From assembly GCA_023439185.1 (NCBI GenBank), contig JAEXOR010000011.1, forward strand, positions 233,168 to 265,167: DNA of 32,000 bases, in the 5' to 3' direction. This stretch comes from Bacillota bacterium. Its GTDB lineage: Bacteria > Bacillota > Desulfotomaculia > Desulfotomaculales > Desulfallaceae. This document shows, piece after piece, positions 8,777-17,415 of the stretch. The notes under the pieces are model-generated. The model worked only from the letters and a program-made list of their open reading frames with translations, made no database searches and was not told the origin of the DNA. Position 1 is the stretch's first letter. Each line of letters opens with the position of its first letter. The position numbers were made by a program, and so were the translations under genes.

Positions 8777-10373
8777 CTTCCACCGCCAAAGGTACGGTCA
8801 GGATGATGGAGAAACCGGACTCGCCGCTGTCGTATACCAGATCGCTGCCGATTAAGCCGGCCCGCTCCTTCATCCCCCACAATCCTGTTCCCGCCGCGAA
8901 ATTGTCCGGCGCGTCGCCGTTGTCCACAACCTCAACCTTTAAAATATCATCCTCTTCCATGAAGTAAATATCCACCTCGCTGGCATTGCTGTGCCTGCCG
9001 ACATTGACCAGGGCCTCCTGGATAATCCGGTAGATAATAATTTCGGTCCGCCGGTCCACATGAAGATTCTTGTTCTGATAGAACAGATAAACCTTGACGT
9101 CATGCATTTGTTCAAAATTGTGCGCATACGACTCCAGCGCGGACACCAGACCAACCTTGTCAATCAGATAGGGGTGAATGTCATTCATGATGCTGCGCAT
9201 ATCCATGGCCGCAGCCTGGCAGTGGCCCCGCAGCCGGACCAGGTCTTTATAGACCTGGCCGGGCATTTTTTCCTCGGCGGAACGCATTGTGTAATCCAGG
9301 GCATGGATAATGGGCGACATGCTTCTGCCAATCCAATCGTGAATCTCAATGGAGATCTTCTTGCGCTCCGACTCAATGGCGTCAAACAAATAACGTTTGT
9401 CCTTTGAAATCTCCGCGGAATATGCGATCATGGCGGCTCCCGTTAATTTGCCAAAGTAATACAAAGGAAAATAATCCGCGCTGATTAATGTTTTCGGTCC
9501 CCCGCTGCAGTAAGCCGTTTGATTGTTGGATATTTTTTCTTCTTTTAGAAGGACGTCAAACAAGAATTTGGTCAGGGTCAGCAGGGGCGGGTGCAAGGCC
9601 GTCATGTCGTTTAGCGGCTGGTTAATCATTTCCGCCGCGGGTATCTGCAGCAGTTTTTCAGCCGCCTGATTCACCTTGGTAATCTTGCCTCGCCGATCAA
9701 TAATCAACACGGCTGTTCTGGTCAATTCAATAATGGTGTCTGAACGGCCATATTTGATTAGCATCGGCAGAATTAATTTGCGGGTGCCCACAATCAATAA
9801 TACCAGACCCAGCAGGAACAAAAGGGTAGCAGCAATATTGACAATGTTTTCCCTGAACACAATATTTGACGTATCCCGCTTTAAAATATCATGGCGGGCC
9901 GACTGGATTTGGCTTGAGGTTTCCTGCAAACGGGCGGCCAATTCCTCATGCTGCTCCAAGTATATAATGAGATCGGCTGAGGCGTCCAATTTTTTGGCTT
10001 GTGCCACTTTATCCTTGACAAAGGTAATATATTCCCGGGTTAGATTGATTAATCCCGCCAGTTTTTCCTTTTCTTCCCCGGTTAAGGCCCCGTTATAAAG
10101 GCTCATTTCCTCCCTGGTAACGGTTGTGGCATATTCGTTGAATTTTTCCAGATACCCGTCGTCTGAACGGATGATATAGGCGTGGCCGTTGGAAATTAGC
10201 CGGGCAATATTTACGGATAGACTGCCGCTGTCGGCTAAAAATTCGTAGCCCGTTGAAATCTTTTTGATTTTTGGCGGTATCGTAATGGAATTGAATAAAT
10301 GCAGTAACGGTATGGCCAATAAGATAGCTATAAACAATAGATACCATCTGCGCAGATAGCTGCTTTTACCCAT
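8760..10373 (-). CDS. NarX-type sensor histidine kinase (HisKA_3) with PAS domain
   Basis: 'ERKKISIEIHDWIGRSMSPIIHALDY' H-box, N-box 'YRIIQEALVNVGRHSNAS', 'DNG..', 'GLWGMKERAGLIG'; PAS 'GRSDTIIELTRTAVLIIDRRGKITKVNQAAEKLLQ'. Confidence 0.93.
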   Translation of the reverse strand: MGKSSYLRRWYLLFIAILLAIPLLHLFNSITIPPKIKKISTGYEFLADSGSLSVNIARLISNGHAYIIRSDDGYLEKFNEYATTVTREEMSLYNGALTGEEKEKLAGLINLTREYITFVKDKVAQAKKLDASADLIIYLEQHEELAARLQETSSQIQSARHDILKRDTSNIVFRENIVNIAATLLFLLGLVLLIVGTRKLILPMLIKYGRSDTIIELTRTAVLIIDRRGKITKVNQAAEKLLQIPAAEMINQPLNDMTALHPPLLTLTKFLFDVLLKEEKISNNQTAYCSGGPKTLISADYFPLYYFGKLTGAAMIAYSAEISKDKRYLFDAIESERKKISIEIHDWIGRSMSPIIHALDYTMRSAEEKMPGQVYKDLVRLRGHCQAAAMDMRSIMNDIHPYLIDKVGLVSALESYAHNFEQMHDVKVYLFYQNKNLHVDRRTEIIIYRIIQEALVNVGRHSNASEVDIYFMEEDDILKVEVVDNGDAPDNFAAGTGLWGMKERAGLIGSDLVYDSGESGFSIILTVPLAVEDEKNE

Positions 10374-10516
10374 AAGACCACCCTTCTCCGCTTCTAAAAT
10401 TTCGACGCGGCCACCTGTTTCCCTTTGTCATAAAAACTAATAAACACCGGGTATATTGTTTGGAAGAACCCGGTGTTTATTATGACCCAATTGCTTGTTA
10501 TCCATGGAGCGCCAAT

Positions 10517-10678
10517 TTATTTAAATATGATCACGAATAGGATCAGCAAGCCAATCCCCAGGGCCAGAGAAGTTTTAATCAGTTTCAACTCAATGGGCAA
10601 TAAATCAAACCACTCGTCTTCCATCGCCTCAGCCGGAGTGGGAGTCTGCCGGGCTTGTACCGTTTCCAATTCAGCCAT
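10517..10678 (-). CDS. Unannotated 53-aa single-TM microprotein (MAELETVQARQTPTPAEAMEDEWFDLLPIELKLIKTSLALGIGLLILFVIIFK)
   Basis: Direct translation; acidic N-terminus, one C-terminal TM helix; directly follows YeiH copy 2; 'aggag' upstream of the ATG. Confidence 0.65.
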   Translation of the reverse strand: MAELETVQARQTPTPAEAMEDEWFDLLPIELKLIKTSLALGIGLLILFVIIFK

Positions 10679-10734
10679 GGATTTTACCTCCTTTTAGTCT
10701 TTTTAGCGGGTTACTTGCCTGTTTCAGTGCGTTT

Positions 10735-12225
10735 TTACGCCAGGGGCGGCATAATGCCGTTGTAGAATACCCAGGAGATAAACAGGCCCACCCAGAGAAT
10801 AAAACCGAACAAGGCTACGGCATAAACGGTAACAATGCGGCCCATTCCTTCCTGCCACAGCTTGCGCACATTGGTAATCAAACCAATAGAGAAGAAACAC
10901 AGGCCAAAGAAAATATTCCTCAGGGCGTTGGCTTGCGCTGAACCGGTATCCGCCGCCTTGACGGTATCCGGGTTGTTCAGGCCAAGCAGCAGAATGATCA
11001 CGAAGGTCAACACAAAACCAATGATAAATTTGGGGAAACGATCCCAAATTTCGCTGGCCTTCACTTCCGACTTCTGCCCCGCCACCGCGCAGGCAGCCCT
11101 TTTGTTCTTGTCGCCAATGCCGAACATGCACCAGATCACAGCCAGAATAAAAGCCCAAACGCCGATAAAGATGTCAATAAATACCTTGGTGGTGGTGGCC
11201 GCCATCAAAATCCAGCCCTCCTGCCAGCTCACGCCCATCTCCTTGAGGGCTTTGGCCCGGATTAACGAATCGGTAATGGCGCCGCTGGCGATGGCGCCGC
11301 CGTCGCTTTTAACGGCCAGCCCCATCCAGGCCCCCGCCACCATGGGCTCCTTATAGAGAATTAGCTGGGCCAGCCAGGGCAGGAACAACAATTCCATGGC
11401 CACAAAGACGATGATTACCGCGGACAAAATAACCGGCACCACCGGACGGGCGCGGATGGCGGCGCCGGTGGCAATGGCGGCCGAAACACCGCAAATGGAA
11501 ATACCCGAAGCCAGCGGGGCGGCCCACTCCGGTGTAAATTTAAAGTACCTGCGGGCAATGAAATAAACAACCGCCCAATAAATCAGATAAGCTTCCACCA
11601 CGGCGCACAGGCCCCGGATAATCACGGTGGAGGCCAGCCCCATGGCGCCCAGGGTTTTAACGGCAATGGCGGCGCCCAGTACAACAATACCGGTTTTAAT
11701 AAACCATTCGGGCTTGGCCGCCTCCTTCAGAAAATTAGCGGTACCCAGAAAGAAGTTACCGATGATTAGACCGATAATCATGGCGAAGATATAGCCCATA
11801 TCGCCCAATCCCATGGCCCAGGGAATATTATAGCTGGCCAGCTTGTCAGGGGTGGCGGAAATATAGGCATATTTACCCAGGATAATGCAAGTATAGGTAA
11901 TGACGAAGATGACGGTGAAACCCGCCATATACCTTTTTACATTGGCGCCCATTACGGCGGAGCCGATGGTGGTGCAAACCAATAAAAACAGGAAGGTTAA
12001 TATCAGTGACGAAAAGCCGGACAACCCCTCAAAGTTGCTCGATATCGGGGCGATGGATTTGGAGATATCCATCCAGGTGCTGTCCTTGACCACCCAGCCC
12101 AGCAGGTCCAGGCCGAAAATAGGTCCCAGTCCCAGGGCAAAGATAAACAGCCCCAGCCACGCCGCCCACCAGTCTTCATCTTTATGCATGGGTTTTCTTG
12201 CGTAAGTGTTGTTTTCACTAACCAT
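10735..12225 (-). CDS. YeiH/UPF0324 family putative sulfate-exporter-type membrane protein (copy 2, long form)
   Basis: 'EWAAPLASGISICGVSAAIATGAAIRARPVVPVILSAVIIVF' family motif; 496 aa, multiple TMs. Confidence 0.88.
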   Translation of the reverse strand: MVSENNTYARKPMHKDEDWWAAWLGLFIFALGLGPIFGLDLLGWVVKDSTWMDISKSIAPISSNFEGLSGFSSLILTFLFLLVCTTIGSAVMGANVKRYMAGFTVIFVITYTCIILGKYAYISATPDKLASYNIPWAMGLGDMGYIFAMIIGLIIGNFFLGTANFLKEAAKPEWFIKTGIVVLGAAIAVKTLGAMGLASTVIIRGLCAVVEAYLIYWAVVYFIARRYFKFTPEWAAPLASGISICGVSAAIATGAAIRARPVVPVILSAVIIVFVAMELLFLPWLAQLILYKEPMVAGAWMGLAVKSDGGAIASGAITDSLIRAKALKEMGVSWQEGWILMAATTTKVFIDIFIGVWAFILAVIWCMFGIGDKNKRAACAVAGQKSEVKASEIWDRFPKFIIGFVLTFVIILLLGLNNPDTVKAADTGSAQANALRNIFFGLCFFSIGLITNVRKLWQEGMGRIVTVYAVALFGFILWVGLFISWVFYNGIMPPLA

Positions 12226-12638
12226 CCCATACCCTCCTTTACTCAGCTTTTGGCATGAAAATTTGGCTTGATATAAAAAACAGCCGCCATTTCTTTGATC
12301 AGTCAGCTATAGACATCACCTCCAGGAAACAAAGCATTTTTTGAACTATCAGCCGGATGGGTAAATAAAAATTATGCCAGGCATAAGCAAGGTTAATGAC
12401 TGCTTAAAAAAAAATTAAACCAATCCATATAATTAATCAATTCCGCCGGCACGGTTTGAATGTTTATTACGATGTTGTGGCATAGTTTCGTCACGGGATT
12501 GAACATTTTGGTTCATCATTTTGACGCATATGAACGGCAGGCCCAGTCCGGCGCTTGCCATGTTTTAACCGCATCTGTAGAATTAAACCAACAAGAAAAA
12601 TGTGATGGTAAATTTTAATTTGATTACAGGAGTACTAT

Positions 12639-13124
12639 ATGGAAGGCCAAATCTTGTTTATTACCGACGGTTCAGCCTCCGCCGGCCAGGCCGGGGAAAT
12701 GGCAATCGGCCTGGCCAATCTGTGGCGGGTATCCTTGCGGGCGGTTTACATCCTTGATGAAGGCTGGAGAGACATCCTTGGCGATGAATGGATAAGCACC
12801 CCCGCAGCCAGGGCCGGGTTCTACCGCTGGCTGGAAGGCGGCTTAACCGGGCATGCCCATGATATATTGCAGAAGTTTGCCCAAAGGGCTGCGGAAAGCG
12901 GGGTTTGGGTGACAACGGACATTATCGTGGGTAAAGCGGAAAAGACCATTGCCGTACTGGCCGAATCAGCAACGCCCCTTTTACTGGTATTGCCCAACCC
13001 AAACGCCACGCTCCCCCCGGCGGAGGGCGGTTTTCAGTTCAACATTCGCTCTCTGACGCAAAAAATAAAATGCCCGGTGCTGATTGGTCCCAATCCGCCA
13101 CGGACAAATTCAACTGGTCTGTAA
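12639..13124 (+). CDS. Universal stress protein A family
   Basis: 'ILFITDGSASAGQAGEMAIGLA' start and 'LLLVLPNPNA...KIKCPVLIG' C-terminus typical of Usp. Confidence 0.75.
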   Translation: MEGQILFITDGSASAGQAGEMAIGLANLWRVSLRAVYILDEGWRDILGDEWISTPAARAGFYRWLEGGLTGHAHDILQKFAQRAAESGVWVTTDIIVGKAEKTIAVLAESATPLLLVLPNPNATLPPAEGGFQFNIRSLTQKIKCPVLIGPNPPRTNSTGL

Positions 13125-13155
13125 TTCCGGGGGATTTTTTTTATACTCGTTCATA

Positions 13156-13184
13156 TTGACATTTTTCGATTTGACGCTTACAAT
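13156..13184 (+). promoter_or_regulatory. Sigma-A type promoter for arsR-hgcAB-acr3-arsC: TTGACA-17 bp-TACAAT
   Basis: TTGACA at 13156-13161, 17-bp spacer, TACAAT at 13179-13184; arsR start at 13220. Confidence 0.75.
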
Positions 13185-13196
13185 ACTCATATCGAA
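13165..13196. promoter_or_regulatory. Candidate ArsR operator: imperfect inverted repeat TTCGATTT...ATATCGAA centred on the -10
   Basis: Arms 13165-13172 and 13189-13196, 7 of 8 positions complementary, straddling the TACAAT box. Confidence 0.5.
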
Positions 13197-13219
13197 GTTT
13201 TTAGATTTGAGGTGCCGGA

Positions 13220-13552
13220 ATGGATTATTATTCTGAACATGCGAAAGTGTTCAAGGCGTTGGGCGATCCCAAAAGAGCCATGATTGTGGATATGCTCTCC
13301 TGCGGTGAACTTTGCGCCTGCATGATTTTAGAGAAATTCAAGATGTCCCAATCCACGTTGTCCCACCACATGAAGACCCTGTGCGAATGTGGGCTTGTTA
13401 AAGGCAGAAATGAAGGCAAATGGACTCACTATTCGCTGGATGCGGAAACAATCAGCAAAACAAAGCAGTTTTTGCACACCATTACCACCGACAAGGAAGA
13501 CTGCATCTGCAAGGTAAATGCGGACTGCTGTAAAGGAAGTGAATCAGAATGA
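13220..13552 (+). CDS. arsR: ArsR/SmtB-family metalloregulator
   Basis: HTH 'MSQSTLSHHMKTLCECGLVKGRNEGKWTHYSL' and 'CGELCACMIL' (ELCVC-like metalloid site); Cys-rich C-terminus. Confidence 0.93.
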   Translation: MDYYSEHAKVFKALGDPKRAMIVDMLSCGELCACMILEKFKMSQSTLSHHMKTLCECGLVKGRNEGKWTHYSLDAETISKTKQFLHTITTDKEDCICKVNADCCKGSESE

Positions 13553-14607
13553 GTGAAGAAAAATCCTGCTGTTGTTCGGCTGATACCTGTTGCGCCGTGG
13601 AACCCATTAGGGGAGAAATCCGGGCTTTGCAACACGACGTTACTGCGGTGTCAACGAATATAAATTTTAAGGACACGCTTGGAACCTGGAAAGCACGCTG
13701 GGGCATAGGCAGGATGAATTACAAGATTAATCCCGGGCTTTATGCCGTCGGCAATCCCGATCATACGTCCCCGGTGCTGGTCAGCGCAAACTACAAACTG
13801 ACCTTCGATGCTTTAAGAAAAGAGCTTTCCGGGCTGCATTGCTGGATTCTGATCCTCGATACAAAGGGCATCAACGTCTGGTGCGCCGCCGGCAAAGGCA
13901 CCTTCGGAACTGATGAACTGGTGGGCCGCATATTAAAGACAGGACTGTCCGGGCTTGTATCGCACAGGAAATTGATTTTGCCGCAACTTAGCGCCCCAGG
14001 CGTGAGCGCCCATGAAGTAACCAGGCAAACCGGCTTTGCAGTGGTTTACGGCCCAGTAAGAGCCCGTGATATAAAGGCTTTCCTTGAGTCAGATCTCACG
14101 GCTACAGAAGAAATGCGCTCCGTTAAATTTACATTGCGGGACAGGTTGGTTCTCACGCCTGTGGAACTGGTGCCGGCCGCAAAGGCTTCATTAATGGTTT
14201 TCGGAGTATTGTTCCTCATCAACCTTTTTGCCGCCAGACCTTTCGGGCTCGCGGATTTAATTGTTTATGCGGGCGCCGTGGTAACGGGAACCGTTGTTAC
14301 CCCCGCCCTCCTGCCCTATATTCCCGGCCGGGCCTTCGCCTGGAAGGGCTGGCTGCTGGGACTGTGCTGGACAGCATGGTTTATTTGGTTCAACGGCTGG
14401 TTTGTTTCGGAATTCCTGCTTCTGGCCATAGGCTATTTGCTGGTTCTGCCGTCATTGTCGGCCTTTCTGGCCATGAATTTCACAGGCTCGTCAACGTACA
14501 CTTCCTTTTCCGGTGTGATCAAGGAAATGAAAACAGCGGTGCCGTTGATTGCTCTTTCCTCCGTCGTGGGAATCGTGCTGGTTTTAACGGCAACCCTGTC
14601 GACTTAA
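13549..14607 (+). CDS. hgcA: HgcA, corrinoid-dependent mercury methylation protein
   Basis: Cap-helix motif 'GINVWCAAGKGTFGTDELV' (N(V/I)WCA(A/G)GK), CdhD-like corrinoid domain plus C-terminal multi-TM domain; followed by HgcB. Confidence 0.94.
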   Translation: MSEEKSCCCSADTCCAVEPIRGEIRALQHDVTAVSTNINFKDTLGTWKARWGIGRMNYKINPGLYAVGNPDHTSPVLVSANYKLTFDALRKELSGLHCWILILDTKGINVWCAAGKGTFGTDELVGRILKTGLSGLVSHRKLILPQLSAPGVSAHEVTRQTGFAVVYGPVRARDIKAFLESDLTATEEMRSVKFTLRDRLVLTPVELVPAAKASLMVFGVLFLINLFAARPFGLADLIVYAGAVVTGTVVTPALLPYIPGRAFAWKGWLLGLCWTAWFIWFNGWFVSEFLLLAIGYLLVLPSLSAFLAMNFTGSSTYTSFSGVIKEMKTAVPLIALSSVVGIVLVLTATLST

Positions 14608-14621
14608 ACAAGGAGGGCATT

Positions 14622-14912
14622 ATGAAACACAGGTATCTGAAAAATGTCGCGACACTTGGTCTGGCGGCTGAAAAATGTGTGGGCTGCGGAAGATGCGTAC
14701 AGGTTTGTCCCCATGGAGTGTTCGGCGTGGAAGATAAACGGGCGCGGATAAAAGACAAAGACAGGTGTATGGAGTGCGGCGCTTGTTTGATAAACTGCCC
14801 CGCCAACGCCATCTCTGTCGATACCGGGGTCGGATGCGCCTCCGCCGTGATCTGGGGCTGGCTTACCGGAAGCGAACCGAGCTGTGATTGTTCAGACAGC
14901 GGATGCTGTTAA
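14622..14912 (+). CDS. hgcB: HgcB, 2[4Fe-4S] ferredoxin partner of HgcA
   Basis: 'CVGCGRCVQVCP' and 'CMECGACLINCPANAI' with C-terminal vicinal Cys pair 'CDCSDSGCC'; 96 aa, immediately after hgcA with SD 'aggaggg'. Confidence 0.93.
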   Translation: MKHRYLKNVATLGLAAEKCVGCGRCVQVCPHGVFGVEDKRARIKDKDRCMECGACLINCPANAISVDTGVGCASAVIWGWLTGSEPSCDCSDSGCC

Positions 14913-14927
14913 AAAGGTGGTGTGTTT

Positions 14928-15989
14928 ATGAGCAAAGTGAAAAATACAGGTATTAGTTTTTTTGAAAAGTACCTGACCCTATGGGTTGCCCTGTGCATGG
15001 TTGCCGGTATTCTGATCGGAAAATTCCTGCCTGCAATTCCTGATTTTTTAGGTAAATTTGAGTATGCGCAAGTGTCCATTCCCATCGCCATTTTAATCTG
15101 GTTAATGATCTATCCCATGATGATGAAGGTGGACTTCGCCAGCATTAAAAACGTGGGTAAAAACCCTGAAGGCTTATATGTTACATGGGTGACCAACTGG
15201 CTAATCAAGCCCTTTACCATGTTCGGCATCGCGTGGCTTTTCTTCCATGTGGTATTCAAGGCGTTTATTCCCGCGGAGCTAGCCAGGGATTATTTAGCCG
15301 GGGCTATTTTACTTGGCGCAGCGCCTTGTACGGCAATGGTGTTTGTATGGAGCCATCTGACCAAGGGAAGGCCCGCTTATACAGTGGTACAGGTTGCCAC
15401 AAACGACCTCATTATTCTCGTAGCCTTTACGCCAATCGTCGCCTTTTTGCTTGGCGTGGGCGGCATATCCATCCCGTGGGATACGCTTATCCTGTCTGTG
15501 GTGCTATTCGTTGTCATACCATTATCAGCCGGTATCGCCACAAGAATCTGGATGATCAAAAACAAAGGTGTGGAATATTTCGAACAGCGGTTTATTCCCA
15601 AGTTTAATAACATTACAATTATAGGCTTGCTGCTCACGTTGATTATCATTTTCTCCTTCCAGGGAGAAGTGATATTGAGCAATCCCCAACATATCCTGTT
15701 GATTGCCATACCGCTGATTCTGCAGACACTCCTGGTCTTTTTCATAGCCTATACCGCCTGCAAACTGCTCAAGCTACCGCATGACATAGCGGCTCCGGCC
15801 GGCATGATTGGCGCGTCCAACTTCTTTGAGCTTGCCGTGGCGGTGGCCATTTCCCTGTTTGGCACGACATCGCCTGTGGCGCTGGCGACCATTGTGGGAG
15901 TGCTTGTCGAGGTGCCTGTTATGTTAACGCTGGTACGTATCGCCAACAATACACGTCATTGGTTCAGGGAGGAAAAACAGCATGGATAA
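14928..15989 (+). CDS. acr3: ACR3-family arsenite efflux permease
   Basis: 'PIPIAILIWLMIYPMMMKVDF' region, 'LGAAPCTAMVFVWSHLTKGRPAYTVVQVATNDLIILVAFTP', 'GMIGASNFFELAVAVAISLFG' characteristic of ACR3; GTG at 14922 is an alternative start. Confidence 0.95.
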   Translation: MSKVKNTGISFFEKYLTLWVALCMVAGILIGKFLPAIPDFLGKFEYAQVSIPIAILIWLMIYPMMMKVDFASIKNVGKNPEGLYVTWVTNWLIKPFTMFGIAWLFFHVVFKAFIPAELARDYLAGAILLGAAPCTAMVFVWSHLTKGRPAYTVVQVATNDLIILVAFTPIVAFLLGVGGISIPWDTLILSVVLFVVIPLSAGIATRIWMIKNKGVEYFEQRFIPKFNNITIIGLLLTLIIIFSFQGEVILSNPQHILLIAIPLILQTLLVFFIAYTACKLLKLPHDIAAPAGMIGASNFFELAVAVAISLFGTTSPVALATIVGVLVEVPVMLTLVRIANNTRHWFREEKQHG

Positions 15990-16398
15990 GCCTAAAGTAG
16001 CTTTCATATGTGTGCATAACTCCTGCCGCAGCCAGATCGCGGAGGCGTTGGGCAAACACCTGGCCGGTGATGTTTTTGCATGCTATTCGGCGGGAACCGA
16101 AACAAAACCGCAAATCAACCAGGACGCCGTCCGGCTAATGAAACAGCTTTACGGGATCGACATGGAGAAAACACAGCATCCGAAACTGCTTTCGGAAATT
16201 CCACCGGTTGATATCGTCGTCACCATGGGCTGCAATGTCACTTGCCCATACCTGCCCTGCAAACATAGGGAAGATTGGGGATTGGGTGATCCCACAGGCA
16301 AAAACGATGAGGACTTTATCGCCGTCATTTGCGAAATTGAGCATCAGATCAAGCTGCTTGCATCGAAGGTTTATCCCATATGCCAGTCAGCAATCTAG
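15982..16398 (+). CDS. arsC: Arsenate reductase, low-MW-phosphatase (thioredoxin-linked) type
   Basis: P-loop 'VHNSCRSQIAEALG', 'YSAGTETKPQINQDAVRLMKQLYGIDM', 'VTMGCNVTCPYLPCKHREDWGLGDPTGK'; overlaps acr3 by 8 nt. Confidence 0.94.
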   Translation: MDKPKVAFICVHNSCRSQIAEALGKHLAGDVFACYSAGTETKPQINQDAVRLMKQLYGIDMEKTQHPKLLSEIPPVDIVVTMGCNVTCPYLPCKHREDWGLGDPTGKNDEDFIAVICEIEHQIKLLASKVYPICQSAI

Positions 16399-17381
16399 GC
16401 TAGCTGCTTGAGCGCCTGGACCGTTAATTCCCGGGCCATCCGCTTGCGGTAAGCCGGCCCCATGTCCGTATTGTCCAAAGGCCTGGCCTGCTTGAAGGCC
16501 GCCCCGGCCACCGTGTCAATAATCTCTTCGGTTAGCTTATGGCCTGTCATAACCTCCGCTTCCTTAACCAGCAAAGGTCTGGATTCCACCGCGCCCAGCA
16601 CCACCCTGGCCCTGACCACCCTGGCGGCGTCATCTTTCTCCAGGGCCGCGGCCACGCCCACGACGGGAAAATCGAAAGAATTGCGGGAACGCAGTTTAAT
16701 GTAATTCATTTGCAAACCCGCTGCCGGAGGCAGCATAATGGCGGTGAGAATTTCATCGGACCTTTTAGTTAAATAATTGATCCCGTCCGCCCCGTAAAGC
16801 TCTTCAATGGGAATTTCCCGCTCCCCGGTGGCGCCGCGCAAACGCAGGCAGGCAGCCAGCGCGACCAATACCGGTACGGTGTCCGCCGACGAAACGGCAA
16901 AGCAGCGGCGGCTGTTTGGCGCCGCCTGGCAGATGGTGCCGAAAGCTTTCAGGCAGTAGCCCAGGCCCCGGCGCCAAAGTTCGTTTTGGTTAAAGTACAT
17001 ACAGCGGGTATTCAGGCAGACATTGCCGCCGATAGTACCGGCATTGCGCAGCTGCGGAGTTGAAACCAGACGCGCGGCGTGCGCCAGAGCCGGGTAATAT
17101 TTATTGATGGCCGGATGGCCGGCCACCTCTGTCAGAGACACGGCGGCTCCGATAGTCATTCCATTTTCCCCACCGCCGGCTATCCCGCGCAATTCGTTTA
17201 AGCGGGAAAGCGATATCAATGTACTGATTTTCACCTGACGGCGTTTTAAGTTGGGATAAAGATCGGTCCCTCCGGCCACCACGGCGGTACCAGGCTTAGT
17301 GAGACAATTAAGCGCTTCGTCCAGTGTATTGGGCATGATTAGTTTAAACTCAGGCAGCCGTAACATGAACATTACCTCCAT
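16395..17381 (-). CDS. hcrB: 4-hydroxybenzoyl-CoA reductase-like beta subunit (FAD + extra Cys cluster loop)
   Basis: 'VVAGGTDLYPNLKRRQ', 'TIGGNVCLNTRCMYFNQNELWRRGLGYCLKAFGTICQAAPNSRRCFAVSSADT': Cys-containing insert typical of HcrB. Confidence 0.83.
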   Translation of the reverse strand: MEVMFMLRLPEFKLIMPNTLDEALNCLTKPGTAVVAGGTDLYPNLKRRQVKISTLISLSRLNELRGIAGGGENGMTIGAAVSLTEVAGHPAINKYYPALAHAARLVSTPQLRNAGTIGGNVCLNTRCMYFNQNELWRRGLGYCLKAFGTICQAAPNSRRCFAVSSADTVPVLVALAACLRLRGATGEREIPIEELYGADGINYLTKRSDEILTAIMLPPAAGLQMNYIKLRSRNSFDFPVVGVAAALEKDDAARVVRARVVLGAVESRPLLVKEAEVMTGHKLTEEIIDTVAGAAFKQARPLDNTDMGPAYRKRMARELTVQALKQLA

Positions 17382-17415
17382 AACTCAAAAATAAGCCGCC
17401 GGCATTACCTGCCGG

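Noticed and set aside
13549-14607. Alternative call of this ORF as CdhD/acetyl-CoA synthase gamma/delta subunit
   Set aside because: Rejected in favour of HgcA because of the short corrinoid domain, the NVWCAAGK motif, C-terminal TM domain and the adjacent HgcB-type ferredoxin
14364-14912. 182-aa ORF covering the end of hgcA and hgcB
   Set aside because: The N-terminal part is out-of-frame hgcA; the real HgcB starts at the ATG at 14622 with a clear SD
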